Assembly (NCBI GenBank): GCA_965279035.1
Contig: OZ257142.1
Coordinates: 1,984,001-2,048,000 of the forward strand
Source: Bacteroidia bacterium
GTDB taxonomy: Bacteria > Bacteroidota > Bacteroidia > M30B66
DNA: 64,000 bases
Reading direction: 5' to 3'
Within the stretch, counting starts at the first letter, position 1, and the number at the start of each line of letters is the position of its first letter. The translations under genes and the position numbers were made by a program. Under the pieces are notes generated by a model, which saw only the letters and a list, made by a program, of their open reading frames with translations, did no database searches and was not told the origin of the DNA. This document shows positions 57,401 to 62,650 of this stretch, piece by piece.

Positions 57401-59845
57401 AACGCAACCATGTTCATTTCCAATACGCCAGCAAGTTTCCATTTGAATCAATATCAAGTGGTAGTTTCGGGAACATGTCCATCACCTGTAACTTCAACTG
57501 CCGGAGTGCTCAATGTTGGTCAGGTAACTTTAAATACCAATCCTCCAACAAGCGTCGTTGTTTGCGAAAGTAATAACACAACCATCTCCGTTGGAGCAAC
57601 AGGAAACAGCCTAGTTTACCAATGGCAAATTTCGACCAATGGTGGAGGAACTTGGAATCCTCTAAGTAATACTGGTGTGTATTCGGGAGTTGATACACAA
57701 ACCATGAGTATAACAGGTGCATTAATCGGCATGAATAACTATCAATACCGTGTAGTGATTGGATCTGTGGCTTGTCCTTCTGTTACATCAACAGCTGCTA
57801 TACTAACAGTAAATTCATTGCTTTCGGCTTCAGTGAGTATTAGTGCTTCTCCATCAACCACAATATGTGATGGCACTTCGGTTACATTCACAGCGATTCC
57901 GGTTAATGGTGGACCAAGTCCTTCTTACCAATGGTATAAAAATGCAATTCCTGTAGGAACAAGTAGCTCAACTTATACCAATGCCGCTCTTGTGAATTCG
58001 GATCAGATTTATGTCACTATGACGAGCAATGCGGTTTGTCCTTCGCCAAGCACATCAACTTCCAATACCTTAACCATGACGGTGAATCCGATACTACCAG
58101 TTTCGGTTACGATTTCAACACCAAGTCTCACTGTTTGTGATGGTTCAAGTGTCACCTTTACCGCAACACCAGTCAATGGAGGTGTATCACCAACGTATGC
58201 ATGGTTTGTAAACGGAAGTCCTGTTGGAACAAGTAGTTCTACTTATTCAACTTCTGGTTTAATCAACGGTGATGTGGTGACTCATGTATTAACTTCCAAT
58301 GCCGTTTGTCCGAGTGGTTCACCAGCAAATTCGAACTCACTCACCATGGTGGTTCAATTCCCTGGAACCTGGTTGGGTTATACTTCCGATTGGAATACAA
58401 CATCGAATTGGGGTTGTGGAATTCTTCCGCTTACTACTACCAATGTAACTATCCCAACAACACCAGAAGGTGGAATTCATCCAGTTGTTGTAAGTAATTC
58501 CACTGCAGTTTCAGCAGATTTAACGATACAATCAGGAGCATCTGTTGTTGTAAATACAGGGAAAGATTTGAGTATTTATGGTGATTTAAATCACAGTGGA
58601 AGTGCGAGTATGGGTGCTGGTGAAATACGATTTAGAGGTTCTGCTCAACAAGATATTCTTGGTACTACTGTGCCATTAATTGGAAATTTGAAAGTTGATA
58701 ATTCCTCTGGAGGAACTGCAATCCAATTACAACAGGATATTCAAGTAAGTGGTAACATCGATATGACTGATGGTAGTTTGGATCTCAATGGATACAATAT
58801 CGATTTAGGAACAACTGGACAATTGGTTAATGAAACCAATACTGAACGCATTTTTGGATTAAGTGGTGAAATAACAGCAACTCGAACCTTAGGTACTTCG
58901 ACCGTTTATAATAACATTGCTGGTTTAGGAGTTTCTATTACTACCGATGCAGTTGCTCCAGGAGTTACAGTGATTGATCGTGGCCATGGCTCTCAACAGC
59001 AACTTGGAGTGAATAATTCGATTCAACGTTATTTTGATATTACTCCAACAACAAACGGTGGATTGAATGCTACCTTGAAAATTAATTATTTCGATGTGGA
59101 GCTCACCGATATTGATGGTGTTGATCCGAATGAAGGGGATTTAATTCCTTGGCGTTCGGAAGATGGTGGTTTAACTTGGGAAGGACAACATTATCCACTT
59201 CGTTTGTCCAATAGTGCCGCCGCGAATTTTGTTCAACTTACACAAGTGGACGCATTCTCTCGTTGGACGCTTAGCGATTGGTTAACCGAACCACTCCCGA
59301 TTCAATTGTTAAGCTTTACTGCAGTACCTGTTGGTGAACAAGTAAACTTAACTTGGGTAACTGCTTCCGAAACCAACAACGATTATTTTAACGTTGAACG
59401 AAGTTCAGATGCTGTTCATTTCAATTCTATCTTAAGTCAAGATGGAGCTGGCAACAGTACAAGTATTCACACCTATCAAGATGTAGATGCTTCTCCACTC
59501 ATGGGGACATCGTATTATCGTTTGCTTCAAACCGATTTCAATGGGAACCAACATCGATCACAAATAGTTCCAGTTCAGTTTACTCCAACTATTACCAATA
59601 GTGTTCTTGCTTGGGTAAATTCCGAAACCACTATTGCAGTTCAACTCACTAGTCGCGAACGCGATGTGTATAAAGTTGAACTATTCGACGATCAAGGTAA
59701 ACTCCTACTTGTACAATCCATTTCTGCAAACAAAGGAATAAACTCTTCGATGATTCCTAATGATGGTTTAGCATCAGGTGTTTATTTGCTCCGTTTTATC
59801 AACACAAAAGGCGATGTATATGTCCAAAAATTAATGATTCACTAA
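36458..59845 (+). CDS. Giant (7795 aa) T9SS-secreted surface protein or adhesin with long beta-strand repeats, beta-helix and Ig-like domains
   Basis: Uninterrupted 23.4-kb ORF; signal peptide SNA-Q; ~605-aa repeats starting YYR...GNW...WE; PbH1-like I.GN.I repeats; YQW..STDGG.TW Ig domains; PLPIQLLSF module; CTD ending ASGVYLLRF...KLMIH. Confidence 0.92.
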   Translation: MLNRLRTLVFFFSIFLFAGISNAQTTYSWTGAIDNQWTTAGNWSPSRSSILPSDIIQFNGGGSVTVTNIPSQTIRKLLVNSSSTVSLQAATGTSTLTINGPASGNNVQVASGSSLQIGTGTNTLILTYGTTANQQLDVSGTLILGNGGTLSSTIASSVWNVSGTLQVNTGGIFNANNTLSSVNGTLVNSGGTFTVTSTNTTLASGGTFDHAINGGTVPILNWNSNSTLLISGTTTTAPAGLASQTFGHLNWNASSQTASLSMGMNGGIFNGNVTITTTGSGNIAFHSGTGSILFLNGDLIVNGGVLNLNNAGATITTLNLAGNLIQTGGTFQRGASSGIQVINFTNSSLNKNINLSAGTYVSNGIAYTVNLNAIVTLQSDLVVNQSFTNNGTLNTGTSLMTGSGTFTLANASTATLSVGDPAGLTLTGNTTAGNIRVSGTKTYNTSANIIYNGTSAQVTGTGLASTYGTANTQITINNAAGVTLSQALSFNNNANSGITLSSGILYLDAFTLTLPTSTNILGTFSASAMIVTNGVGQLVRGFPASPAAFTFPVGDASGTVEYSPITFNFSSNNTGSNIGIRVTDAAQPNGISADYLTRYWSVSSSSIPTVYTLLTTAQFVAADVVGTIGNLRFNQFVPATQVWSEYSTTLSSPLISSNQTQANTSISSAYDITGRDDSPLYYRTVGTGNWNDASIWEVSTDPTFTSPVGVPAAAFPTNLNSLGIQVQTGHTATITANLSIDDAIIDGTVNLLSGITLTIANGTAANDLTINGTLSNDGIFTITAPAIVQVNGSFSNTTNSGAYTSTAATLFFNAGSFFNHQRNAGTIPTAAWNATSTLNITGITTTLPAALTQTFGHVTWNCSSQSATVSLTQTLTTVNGNLSILGTNSQTLALGSTGALTINVLGDLIVSGSSILNLNSGAFTTTLNLSGNYNQTAGTVTSSATNQAINFAGTNPSRSFTQSGGTLTGTSFTYTVNLAAFLTLNNNIAVATGKTFTVNGTLYCGSSLITGAGTFTLTSATTATLGINDANGIVLLAGGAFGNIQTTTARNYGALANYQYGSISTITGTGLTAASSVSFTNSSLSLSATVTLNGAANALSLSNSLVRLGNFDIVMNSTLSTIGGAANSVSNMIVTNGTGSLKRFFPTGVSTFTFPIGDETGTSEYTPVTYAFTALGTSTSFGVRTVDAVHPSDIPLGVDYLTRYWPSTCNAVPGSYTLTASYTYVPVDVVGTEGNLKVNQFYSTTGIFTEFASTVSSPVVSANVTNASVFFQTVFDATGRNNQPLYYRSTGNGNWNTLSTWEVSTDPTFVSPAPSAALFIPNQNNSAGILVRSGHTVTVNAVQTADDLTVDGQLTVNSTITLTINNGTAANDMVVSVGGVLQMDGIFTITAPAVVQVNGSLNSSNTTGAFTSTAATLFFNAGSFYNHNRTAGVVPTAAWNTTSTCNITGVTTTVPTGLSQTFGNFTWNCAGQTATISLVQTLTTVNGNLSITNSNNQILALASTGALTINVLGDLNVSGSSILNLNSGAFTTTFNLSGNYNQTAGTVTSSATNQAFNFAGTIPTRTYTQSGGTLTNTSFTYTINAGAFVTLNNGIVVATGKVFTVNGALFCGTNLLTGAGTFTLTSVSTATIGSGDIDGLVLVAGGSIGNIRTTIRNYGAAANYIYNGSSAQTTGTGFTSGTNLTINNASGVTLTSSATVSGILTLQSGVFSLGAGANNLSITNTTNAAIAGSYSASSMLVTPGTGSIVKSFAIGANPTLTFPIGDNTGTVEYTPLYFGLLSNSAAGTLSVRLVNAVHPNNGAAADYLSRYYVFGTTLTTYTYTLAHDFANPADITGSTANMQLSRWNGATWTPYTSTISGSSATITATLNNTTAPLAATSQFAARTSTVTYYRSIASGNWTTATNWETANDAAFTVGLVSPAAAAPTNANSVRVTIQAAHTITATSAVTAVDLVVDGTFQMGAGGTIAASGITFNATGVYDHNRDGSVIPTATWNAASLCQITGVTATAPTGVSGQTFGKFTWNSTGQTAATLGLAIAATTTFNGDFTVTSTGATSTNIISLSAASVTVNMNGKLIVNGGTFILNTVSITTLNVLGDLNVNGGTFNLTNSTGAQVVNFSGNYAQTAGSFTNSGTGISTVNFLGLNKTYVQSAGSVTTTNINYVVGAVASLTMNNTLTIAASRSLTITLGGSLTLGSDQVNNGTLTNNGTLICSTYLVTGTGAFTLAAASTATLSVGDPGGLTPTGNTTSGNIRVSGTKTYNTSANIIYAGTSAQVTGTGLAPTIGVAGTYVTINNPAGVTLSQSLTFNNTATCGIVLQNGLFSLGNFSLTLPTLTVINGTPSVTNMIVTNGTGQLLRGIPASAVNVLFPVGEVTGTTEYSPVNFNFTSNNTATTIGIRVVDARDPNDALSTDYLTRYWVLTNTSVPSLYTLTTSFTYLPADVVNTESNLRVNQYNTTTSIWIEYSSTVASPVLNTTVTNASNFLPASGVTVDFTGRVNAPLYYQSTGSTAWSTLSTWEVSTDPTFVSPAPVPAVMIPSDVNSAGITIKAGHTVSVTAAQTADDITVNGTLSVNGVTFTIANGAAANDMVVNGTLINNGTSSVITPTGILLIAATGSYQHAMNAGTVPAASWASGSNCFITGVTLNQPGGLAQTFHHFTWNCTGQSTTVNMTLISSVNWGGNFTILSTGATPQQLRLTNSAITLGIGGNLDIQGGIFVTQNAALTSILNITGNMLVSGTANFSGITTSGGLTTINLGGNLDVANTATFTNLTSNTTTAVTFNFTGVGKYMTVASGMPTQGFSFSMATVGASLTVNSPVVVGSSRTFNITAGSVILGTNRITGNGSFSIAGTNSYLSQSDPDGLVVAIASPLGAIRTLTARTYSANANYIYTGITQNLGTPIAAPPFVCNSLGIDAPGGVVTLTQNVNATTNLQLSNGILDLANFNLGLLNTSNTLAVTGNTPSASNMVVTSGTGRLIKTYAAGAQVSFVYPLGDNVGTAEYSPASITFSALGAGTLGLQVKNAAHPNLGAPSDYLNRYWSFGSTTITAYTYTAAFTYAAADVVGLPGSMNAARWDGSLWNPMTATTGGNVLTITSTPLNNTTSPLAATSDFTGRVTPYVYYFRSIQSGNWNDVNTWEVAYDAAFTTPIWPAPFAPDDANSASVLVRSGHVVTVTANTSVDQFSMDNTVTTTLTINSGVTFTLKDGAGNDFTGAGASARININGTYVNQGVQTGTMPTVVVGATGVYNHNQNGGTVYTATWSASSECLITGTTSTTPAGISGQTFGKFTWNTPSMTMATTTAILASATTFNGDFTLISTGTPSTNALLLSTTSIILTYNGDFLIQGGTLNITNAAVGLTLNLSGNYNQLGGVLTQTGATASTINFNGIGKSYTRSAGTVTNTNLNYGVNSATANFSLNSNIDVASTRTFIVTTGTLNLGTSLITGAGSFTLTSATTAGLGIGDPDGIVLVAGGSIGNVRTAARSYGALANYSYAATALNTGSGLTAANSLNFTGATINLSVPVAVSGTSNALGMNASLLSLGNNNLSFSNAAATFNGTFSSSNMVLTNGTGQFIRTIPASGFVNPYVFPIGGSTGYSPASLTFTAAAGGTIGAKVTEGTHPNMLTPVVSDYINRYWNFTTTGMGTYTYSGLMQYQDADIVGSEALLLNSVWDGSSWNGIPSIVDTPDNTLYFPGIGTLTNVSAPLTAAYTYSARNTPVQYYYRTIASGNWNDPAIWEISTDAAFLNPLPVGAAVSPDALNSLGILVRLGHVVNVTANVTVDQLSMDNIANSTIIVNSAVNFTLNDGPGNDVTFTGSNARIIINGNFINKGVQTGTQATVTVNANGVYEHNQNGGTVYTATWNASSECLISGVTLTAPTGISGQTFGKFTWNNPSQTVALPTAILSGATTFTGDFTVISTGTPATNALVLSSGAITVAMNADLLIQGGTLNLINAAAAVTLNLAGNYNQTGGTFTQTGATASTVNFNGIGKSYTQSGGTVTGTNINYAVNSATANFSLNNSIDISTGRTFNVNTGTLNMGTSLITGAGSFTLVSVATATLGIGDNDGIVTVAGGSIGNVRTATRNYGALANYIYVSTANNTGNGFVAATSVFFNNSSLNLSSSAVISGTTGALQMTSSLVSLGNNNLTLNNTAATITGAANDNTNMIITNGTGQFIRSIPAASWTNPYVWPIGTTSLYNPVKMSFTAAAAGTIGVKVVDAVHPSMGVAADKLNVYWDFTTTGLATYTLSSFELNYNDAQVSGSEVGLSGSLYSGGSWNGYPSTVDAVNNKITFPSSGSLTNATAPLNGFSYTGRTAYIAYYRTVASGNWNNPAIWEVATDAAFTAPVPAVTFPTDDNNLGITIRNGHVVQVTANVQADQITIDNTANSTLNINVGVVFTLVDGLGTDLTLNANSRLLVNGEFVNTALVSGASTTTMNVLATGTYNHAHNAGVVLTPTWTAGSTCLISGTINTAPTGLNQSFRNFTWNTPGLTVSNLSLAAGLVTVFENLTVISTGSGSVSLATSSYTIGISGDLILNGGTFNLNSGLAFITTLNIGGNYNQSGGTLTCTATSPSVINFVGTNKTYTQTGGTVNNAMINYAVNLAAAVITLNNGITLSSGRSFSVATGTLNMGTQVIDGAGSFSVTSVATATLISGSTQGLNAAAASGNVQTTGGRTFGVLANYTFAGSSPQNTGNGVTAATTLTINNASGVTATGPISTANLTLSAGVYTTTTANLLTITGITAIGGTPSSTACVSGPVDRVIPANRSTALTLLYPLGKGGSYNPFELVNPTTGAGGSVTVRAEVFNANAGGFAGAGFASMNTNRYWSSSITAGAANLLTSGAVKLTETTPALVSGTHGVGQCSSVGGTYAYKGGSVSAPTIQTTSTLNSGYGFFVIGTVGPITCPSPTLVVGPGGDFNSLTDASAVLNALPINCNLILELNATYNSSVETFPVTFNNFTYGVGGPFTVTVRPATGASPIITTAAATGLIVLNGADNLIFDGRPAGVGAPLSFSLTNTNVSGNTITLQNDAQNNSIRYMDISGSNTSGTSGIITISTAGAGSGNDNNLFEYNTIHGNGARPVNLIYASGTSSKDNDNNTISNNNFHTWGAAAATDACAIELSSYNNAYTISGNSFYQPSTQTTATSHFAIQVNATTAAASNYTISNNYIGGNAASASGTWTATTAGIDYRFCGISVITAPSGSNTISGNTVKNITVATGTSFQTQSSAFTGIYTGNGTHTISGNTIGSLSASANIAFTTSNPQLNVHGIFSETTIGNTITSNSIGGISVVNSASSANISSLFAIRLEASSISGTISITGNTIGNPSVANSLLNNTGNTYTASGSLQNFTTGIYCSSDITATISTNNISSINYAANGTSTGTGILNTSGIYRVIGGNNLIENNTIQLISSSSPSLLTGIRIPLAGIVLNASTAQGQSVRGNTIHTLSNLHGSAAVNVAGIVMNTPATPTVTATVYTNNFSNPTDWTLNTPTGSEGGTPNPWSIGNGISYPGGSCGAASTNSMYIRCAGFICDLLGGGGPVYQTGGGVYVTDRMASSAANISTIGYTSLNLNFAWQCVGATTAYGSVRYSIDGGSSWVDLPTQYRNQSSWQCASVSLPAECENISTLRIAFRWRNGLSNSDVDPPFTIANMSIDGQALAAVENAADKNFIHSITASTTSASASITGIVQAGGILKYRNNMIRLGIDATGSSINTGLVFQGFLESSGGSEYFHNSIYVGGSSTTGAGNSYCINSVPVTGTRDIRNNILWNARSNAGGTGKHYALKVGTLTNLTSDYNDLQATGSGAILMANGATDYAFLPLWHMATLMDLHSVTGDPIFVNATGNATSVNLHITPAANTPIESAGEAIGTVTSDFDNDTRASNTPTDIGADAGLFTQIDVTDPAITYTPVLNQPVCSGAITTTVEVNIIDNQTGLSTSSNLPRIYFRRKTGAPTTAWSTTNSVAGTFLSGTAQNSNWQFVVDYSTFGITIAANDQIEYYFVAQDQAGSPNVGTSQTNGVTPVHPSTATLTTPIGYALPANGFFTFNGTPLSGTVTVGTAGTYATFNGPAGLFTAINTNGINGDLTVRVISDISETAYTPLGKQSEFCGSGYHIRITPNNNTVRTITGTNGQTMIDISGAFSLTIDGRDPTNIAGGARNLIFRNSSLFPAIRFNNGASDDTLMYCQVQSKVQSSTQGGGVVTIGGPLIVGTNNLDNIVLFENKISYPTNIGAPALSDIPQLGIQFQGSTSSMVTNLVIKRNSIFNFQTSAIATMNPSTGIGNSYIGNGAVIDSNRIYQTFTIPTYQYPIDLDVNGLSYGHQITNNLIGGNAEPSPNITGTLTNSKSDGEIVAIYVNTGNAPDSVSSTSIQGNKIKNILLSGTGWDNFVGIRVENGRVRIGDQTRNIIGDSLIANNVECRGGGSLLSATANSAIMGIWTQSTEEVVIANNLVANLTASAPVNGYCFVDAIAHGSNLYYNDILYNTAGGKVTMRNNRVDFVLSASRLQNSAISSEGMMGYFVYTNSMSNVIEKNVIINSGVNNIVNRNVRVYGMHFGVYGSLVNQGGRVNNNMVASLANTASGDNTGTIMPELHAMIVAYGTWDVYNNQIFLRNGTTGTPITNTNTFMSGIQDGLRNLAGQGANYYNNTIYISGTNAGAAPNNASYAFLRFPNLTGTVAGAPIVLKNNLFINDRGGPGNHRAFGNVNTTAPATGWNSTASDYNLLFNATAGVTTRWGTTDYNLAGFQTISGGDANSTWIQTAGTTTPTTLYPYDLLTLPLYGDLHILLTNPTAYGFVNAKGNNIALVTTDIDGDARNVTTPDPGADEFTVCLDPFVTTQPSNQTVCPASAASFTAVVGGLAPLTYQWEESTDGGTTWNPLSNAGVYSGTDALTLNISSSTGLGGNKYHLIITNVCSSTTSNAATLNLLTPPSITTYSPPSFINNICALSNTGFGVTAAGDGLTYQWNVSTDNGGTWNPVVNNATYSGATNATMFISNTPASFHLNQYQVVVSGTCPSPVTSTAGVLNVGQVTLNTNPPTSVVVCESNNTTISVGATGNSLVYQWQISTNGGGTWNPLSNTGVYSGVDTQTMSITGALIGMNNYQYRVVIGSVACPSVTSTAAILTVNSLLSASVSISASPSTTICDGTSVTFTAIPVNGGPSPSYQWYKNAIPVGTSSSTYTNAALVNSDQIYVTMTSNAVCPSPSTSTSNTLTMTVNPILPVSVTISTPSLTVCDGSSVTFTATPVNGGVSPTYAWFVNGSPVGTSSSTYSTSGLINGDVVTHVLTSNAVCPSGSPANSNSLTMVVQFPGTWLGYTSDWNTTSNWGCGILPLTTTNVTIPTTPEGGIHPVVVSNSTAVSADLTIQSGASVVVNTGKDLSIYGDLNHSGSASMGAGEIRFRGSAQQDILGTTVPLIGNLKVDNSSGGTAIQLQQDIQVSGNIDMTDGSLDLNGYNIDLGTTGQLVNETNTERIFGLSGEITATRTLGTSTVYNNIAGLGVSITTDAVAPGVTVIDRGHGSQQQLGVNNSIQRYFDITPTTNGGLNATLKINYFDVELTDIDGVDPNEGDLIPWRSEDGGLTWEGQHYPLRLSNSAAANFVQLTQVDAFSRWTLSDWLTEPLPIQLLSFTAVPVGEQVNLTWVTASETNNDYFNVERSSDAVHFNSILSQDGAGNSTSIHTYQDVDASPLMGTSYYRLLQTDFNGNQHRSQIVPVQFTPTITNSVLAWVNSETTIAVQLTSRERDVYKVELFDDQGKLLLVQSISANKGINSSMIPNDGLASGVYLLRFINTKGDVYVQKLMIH

Positions 59846-59867
59846 CCTAACCAACCTTCAATAAATT

Positions 59868-59903
59868 AACCCCTCGTTCTTATTTAGTTCGAGGGGTTTT
59901 TTT
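59868..59903 (+). terminator. Intrinsic terminator of the giant gene
   Basis: AACCCCTCG / CGAGGGGTT stem followed by Ts. Confidence 0.8.
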
Positions 59904-59935
59904 GTTTTATTCTGGGATTTTATAATTATCCCCGG

Positions 59936-60236
59936 TTAACTAATATGCACGCTTCGACAAGCTCAGCGCGCGGGTTTAATCGCTCCCTGAGCCTGTCGAA
60001 GGGAGCACATTCTCTATCCGATAGCTATCGGATCAGCACATCATCACATTAACTAATATGCACGCTTCGACAAGCTCAGCGCGCGGGTTTAATCGCTCCC
60101 TGAGCCTGTCAAAGGAAGCACATTCTCTATCCGATAGCTATCGGATCAGCACAACATCACATTAACTAATATGCACGCTTCGACAAGCTCTGCACGCGGG
60201 TTTAATCGCTCTCTGAGCCTGTCGAAGGGAGCACAT
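59936..60236. repeat. Tandem REP/BIME-like array, 113-bp period, about 2.7 copies
   Basis: Units start at 59936, 60049 and 60162. Each has CTTCGACAAGCTCAG...CTGAGCCTGTCGAAG inverted repeats. The first two also contain the 18-bp palindrome ATCCGATAGCTATCGGAT. Confidence 0.9.
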
Positions 60237-60292
60237 CAATAATCAACACACCAGCACATTATTTCCCTACTTTCGTCTCAAACGGTCAAATT

Positions 60293-61288
60293 ATGAATAG
60301 TCGTATTGCTGGTGTTGGTCATTATGTTCCTAATCAAATTGTCACTAATGATGATCTTGCTCAGGTCATGCCTACTTCGAATGAATGGATTATCGAGCGA
60401 ACAGGAATTCACGAAAGGAGATATTTCGAAGAAGGAAAAGATACTGTTGCATCCATGGCGGCTATAGCTTCACATATGGCACTTGAACGAGCTGGAATTT
60501 CAGTTCAGGAAGTTGAATTGATCGTTTTTGCTACAATCACACCGGAGTATTTCTTTCCTGGATCAGGAGTGCTTTTGCAACGCGAATTAGGATTGCCTGG
60601 AATTCCAGCCATGGATATTAAAATGCAATGTTCAGGTTTCATATACGCGCTCAGTGTTGCTGATCAATTTATAAAATCGGGCATGTACAAAACAGCTCTA
60701 GTCGTTGGTGCCGAAATTCAATCGAATGCCATTGTTCATTCCGAAGCAGGGCGCAACATGGCTGTTATTTTTGCCGATGGGGCAGGAGCGGTTGTTTTGA
60801 AAGCAGATGAATCATCTCAGCATAGCATTCTATCTACGCATCTTCATTCCGACGGAACCTTTGCCGAAGAATTATACATGCGCAATCCCGGAAGTTTGAA
60901 AAAGGAGCGTCTTACTCACCTCATGCTAGATAATGGAGAAATGCTTCCTCACATGAATGGCCCTGTTGTATTCAAACATGCAGTCATCCGATTTATGGAA
61001 GTGATTGAAGAAGCACTTGCATCAAATAATAAAACCAAAGAGGATATTGATTTACTCATTCCACATCAGGCTAATCAACGTATTTCGGAATATATCCGAG
61101 AAAAGCTGCAATTACCGATAGATAAAGTGTACAATAACATTCAACGTTATGGCAATACCACTGCGGCTTCCATACCAATTGCATTAAGTGAAGCTTGGCA
61201 GGAGGGAAAAGTAAATTCGGGTGATATCATTTGTTTGGCAGCTTTTGGAAGTGGATTTACTTGGGCATCAGCACTCATTCGTTGGTAA
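60293..61288 (+). CDS. fabH: 3-oxoacyl-ACP synthase III
   Basis: EWIIERTGI; catalytic Cys (MQCSGF), His (IPHQAN) and Asn (YGNT); AFGSGFTW. Confidence 0.93.
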   Translation: MNSRIAGVGHYVPNQIVTNDDLAQVMPTSNEWIIERTGIHERRYFEEGKDTVASMAAIASHMALERAGISVQEVELIVFATITPEYFFPGSGVLLQRELGLPGIPAMDIKMQCSGFIYALSVADQFIKSGMYKTALVVGAEIQSNAIVHSEAGRNMAVIFADGAGAVVLKADESSQHSILSTHLHSDGTFAEELYMRNPGSLKKERLTHLMLDNGEMLPHMNGPVVFKHAVIRFMEVIEEALASNNKTKEDIDLLIPHQANQRISEYIREKLQLPIDKVYNNIQRYGNTTAASIPIALSEAWQEGKVNSGDIICLAAFGSGFTWASALIRW

Positions 61289-61381
61289 AACACCAATCAA
61301 TATATACAATGAGCTACGCTTAATTCCTAACTTCGCAAAATTCCTTGAGGCATTATTTCATGTTGAAGGGAAATTTTCAAA

Positions 61382-61987
61382 ATGAATTACTTAGCTCATC
61401 TTTACCTTGCTGGTGATAACCCAGATTTAATTGTGGGCAACTTTATCGCCGACTCAGTTAAGGGCAAACAAATAGAGCTATACAGCGAAGGTGTTAAACA
61501 AGGAATTAAGCTGCATCGGCAAATAGATTTATTCACCGATACGCATCCAATCATCGAACGTGGAAAGGAAGCGCTGCGTCCCAAATACCGAAAGTTTGCT
61601 GGCATAGTGATGGATGTTTTTGGAGATCATTTTCTTTCGAGCAATTGGTCTGATTACTCCAAAATCAACCTAAGAGATTTCTCAGAACAAACGTATACGT
61701 TACTTCACGAACGAAAAGATCAATTCCCCGAAAAAGCACGCTATACCTTGCATTACATGAGTATGCAAGATTGGCTTCAAGGATATCAATACATCGAAGG
61801 TGTTAAACGGGCATTGTCAGGCTTGGCTCGAAGAAGTTCATTTCCTTCAGGTATGGAAAATGCCCATAAAGAATTGGAACGTCATTACCTTTTTTATCAA
61901 TCTATTTTCCACGAATTCTTGCCCGATTTAGTCCGTTTTGTAGATAAAGATCGAGATATTAATTTACGCGATTTGCTTTTAGGCTAA
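61382..61987 (+). CDS. acpH: Acyl carrier protein phosphodiesterase
   Basis: MNYLAHLYLA...GNFIADSVKG...GIKLHRQIDLFTDTHP...DVFGDHFL. Confidence 0.88.
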   Translation: MNYLAHLYLAGDNPDLIVGNFIADSVKGKQIELYSEGVKQGIKLHRQIDLFTDTHPIIERGKEALRPKYRKFAGIVMDVFGDHFLSSNWSDYSKINLRDFSEQTYTLLHERKDQFPEKARYTLHYMSMQDWLQGYQYIEGVKRALSGLARRSSFPSGMENAHKELERHYLFYQSIFHEFLPDLVRFVDKDRDINLRDLLLG

Positions 61988-62339
61988 ACATACGTTTTTG
62001 AATATAATAAAATAGAATTGTTCCAGCTAAATAGGCGATAACGTCCATGAAATCGGCTGTTGCGCTATCTTTTATTAGAGGGAATAATAACTCGAAATAA
62101 AAACTAATATTCAACCATCCAAAAATCAATTGTGCATGGTTTAATGGTTGAGGTTCTCGTTTAGTTAGCAAGGATAAACAAACTACACATAATTGAAAAA
62201 GTATGGGTGTGCTGAGAATATCGTTGAGGTAATTATCTACAAAATAGATGTTCGTTGGTCGCAAATAATAGCGAATACTTATTCCAAGAAAGATAAAAAA
62301 TACAAACCAAGGTTTTAATAAAAACAGGAGATTTTTCAT
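61959..62339 (-). CDS. Hypothetical membrane protein
   Basis: Four hydrophobic segments; FELLFP...ATADFMDVIAY; ATG 62339 overlaps the upstream stop (ATGA). Confidence 0.7.
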   Translation of the reverse strand: MKNLLFLLKPWFVFFIFLGISIRYYLRPTNIYFVDNYLNDILSTPILFQLCVVCLSLLTKREPQPLNHAQLIFGWLNISFYFELLFPLIKDSATADFMDVIAYLAGTILFYYIQKRMFSLKANRVN

Positions 62340-62623
62340 CCAGGACTTAGAAAAAACAGCCATATTAAAAAACTCGCAATGGCAATAAAAACAAGCTGTA
62401 CAGCATTAAATGCATGCTTGAAGAATCGAATAAATAAAGAATCATTCTCGTGAATTGGAACCTTAATTTCCCAGGAATGTTTCCGCATTTCTATGTTTTC
62501 TTTTTCCTTTTCCGAAATCGGTTTTAAAGGCTTGTTGCAAGAAACACAAAGATCAGTTACATCTTTCAATTCATTCCATTCGCCACAATAGATACAGCGT
62601 ACATGTGAAACAGAATTATCCAT
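62336..62623 (-). CDS. Hypothetical zinc-ribbon protein with C-terminal TM helix
   Basis: CIYC...CVSC and a C-terminal hydrophobic helix; TAAGTTTG -7 element just before the ATG. Confidence 0.7.
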   Translation of the reverse strand: MDNSVSHVRCIYCGEWNELKDVTDLCVSCNKPLKPISEKEKENIEMRKHSWEIKVPIHENDSLFIRFFKHAFNAVQLVFIAIASFLIWLFFLSPG

Positions 62624-62650
62624 AGCGCAAACTTAATGGATTTCATTCGA

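Noticed and set aside
36856-58497. Many antisense and alternate-frame ORFs inside the giant gene
   Set aside because: They are shadow ORFs expected from the codon bias of a T/G/A/N-rich protein and show no recognisable motifs.
36458-59845. Diversity-generating retroelement or invertible-cassette variation of the giant gene
   Set aside because: No reverse transcriptase, recombinase or template/variable repeat pair was seen in the window.
26580-60033. Shared CTATCGG/CCGATAG core between the cassette TIRs and the REP palindrome
   Set aside because: Only 7 bp are shared and the flanks differ, which is not enough to claim a relationship.
59936-60236. Possible CRISPR array
   Set aside because: The whole 113-bp unit repeats, so there are no unique spacers, and no cas genes are nearby.
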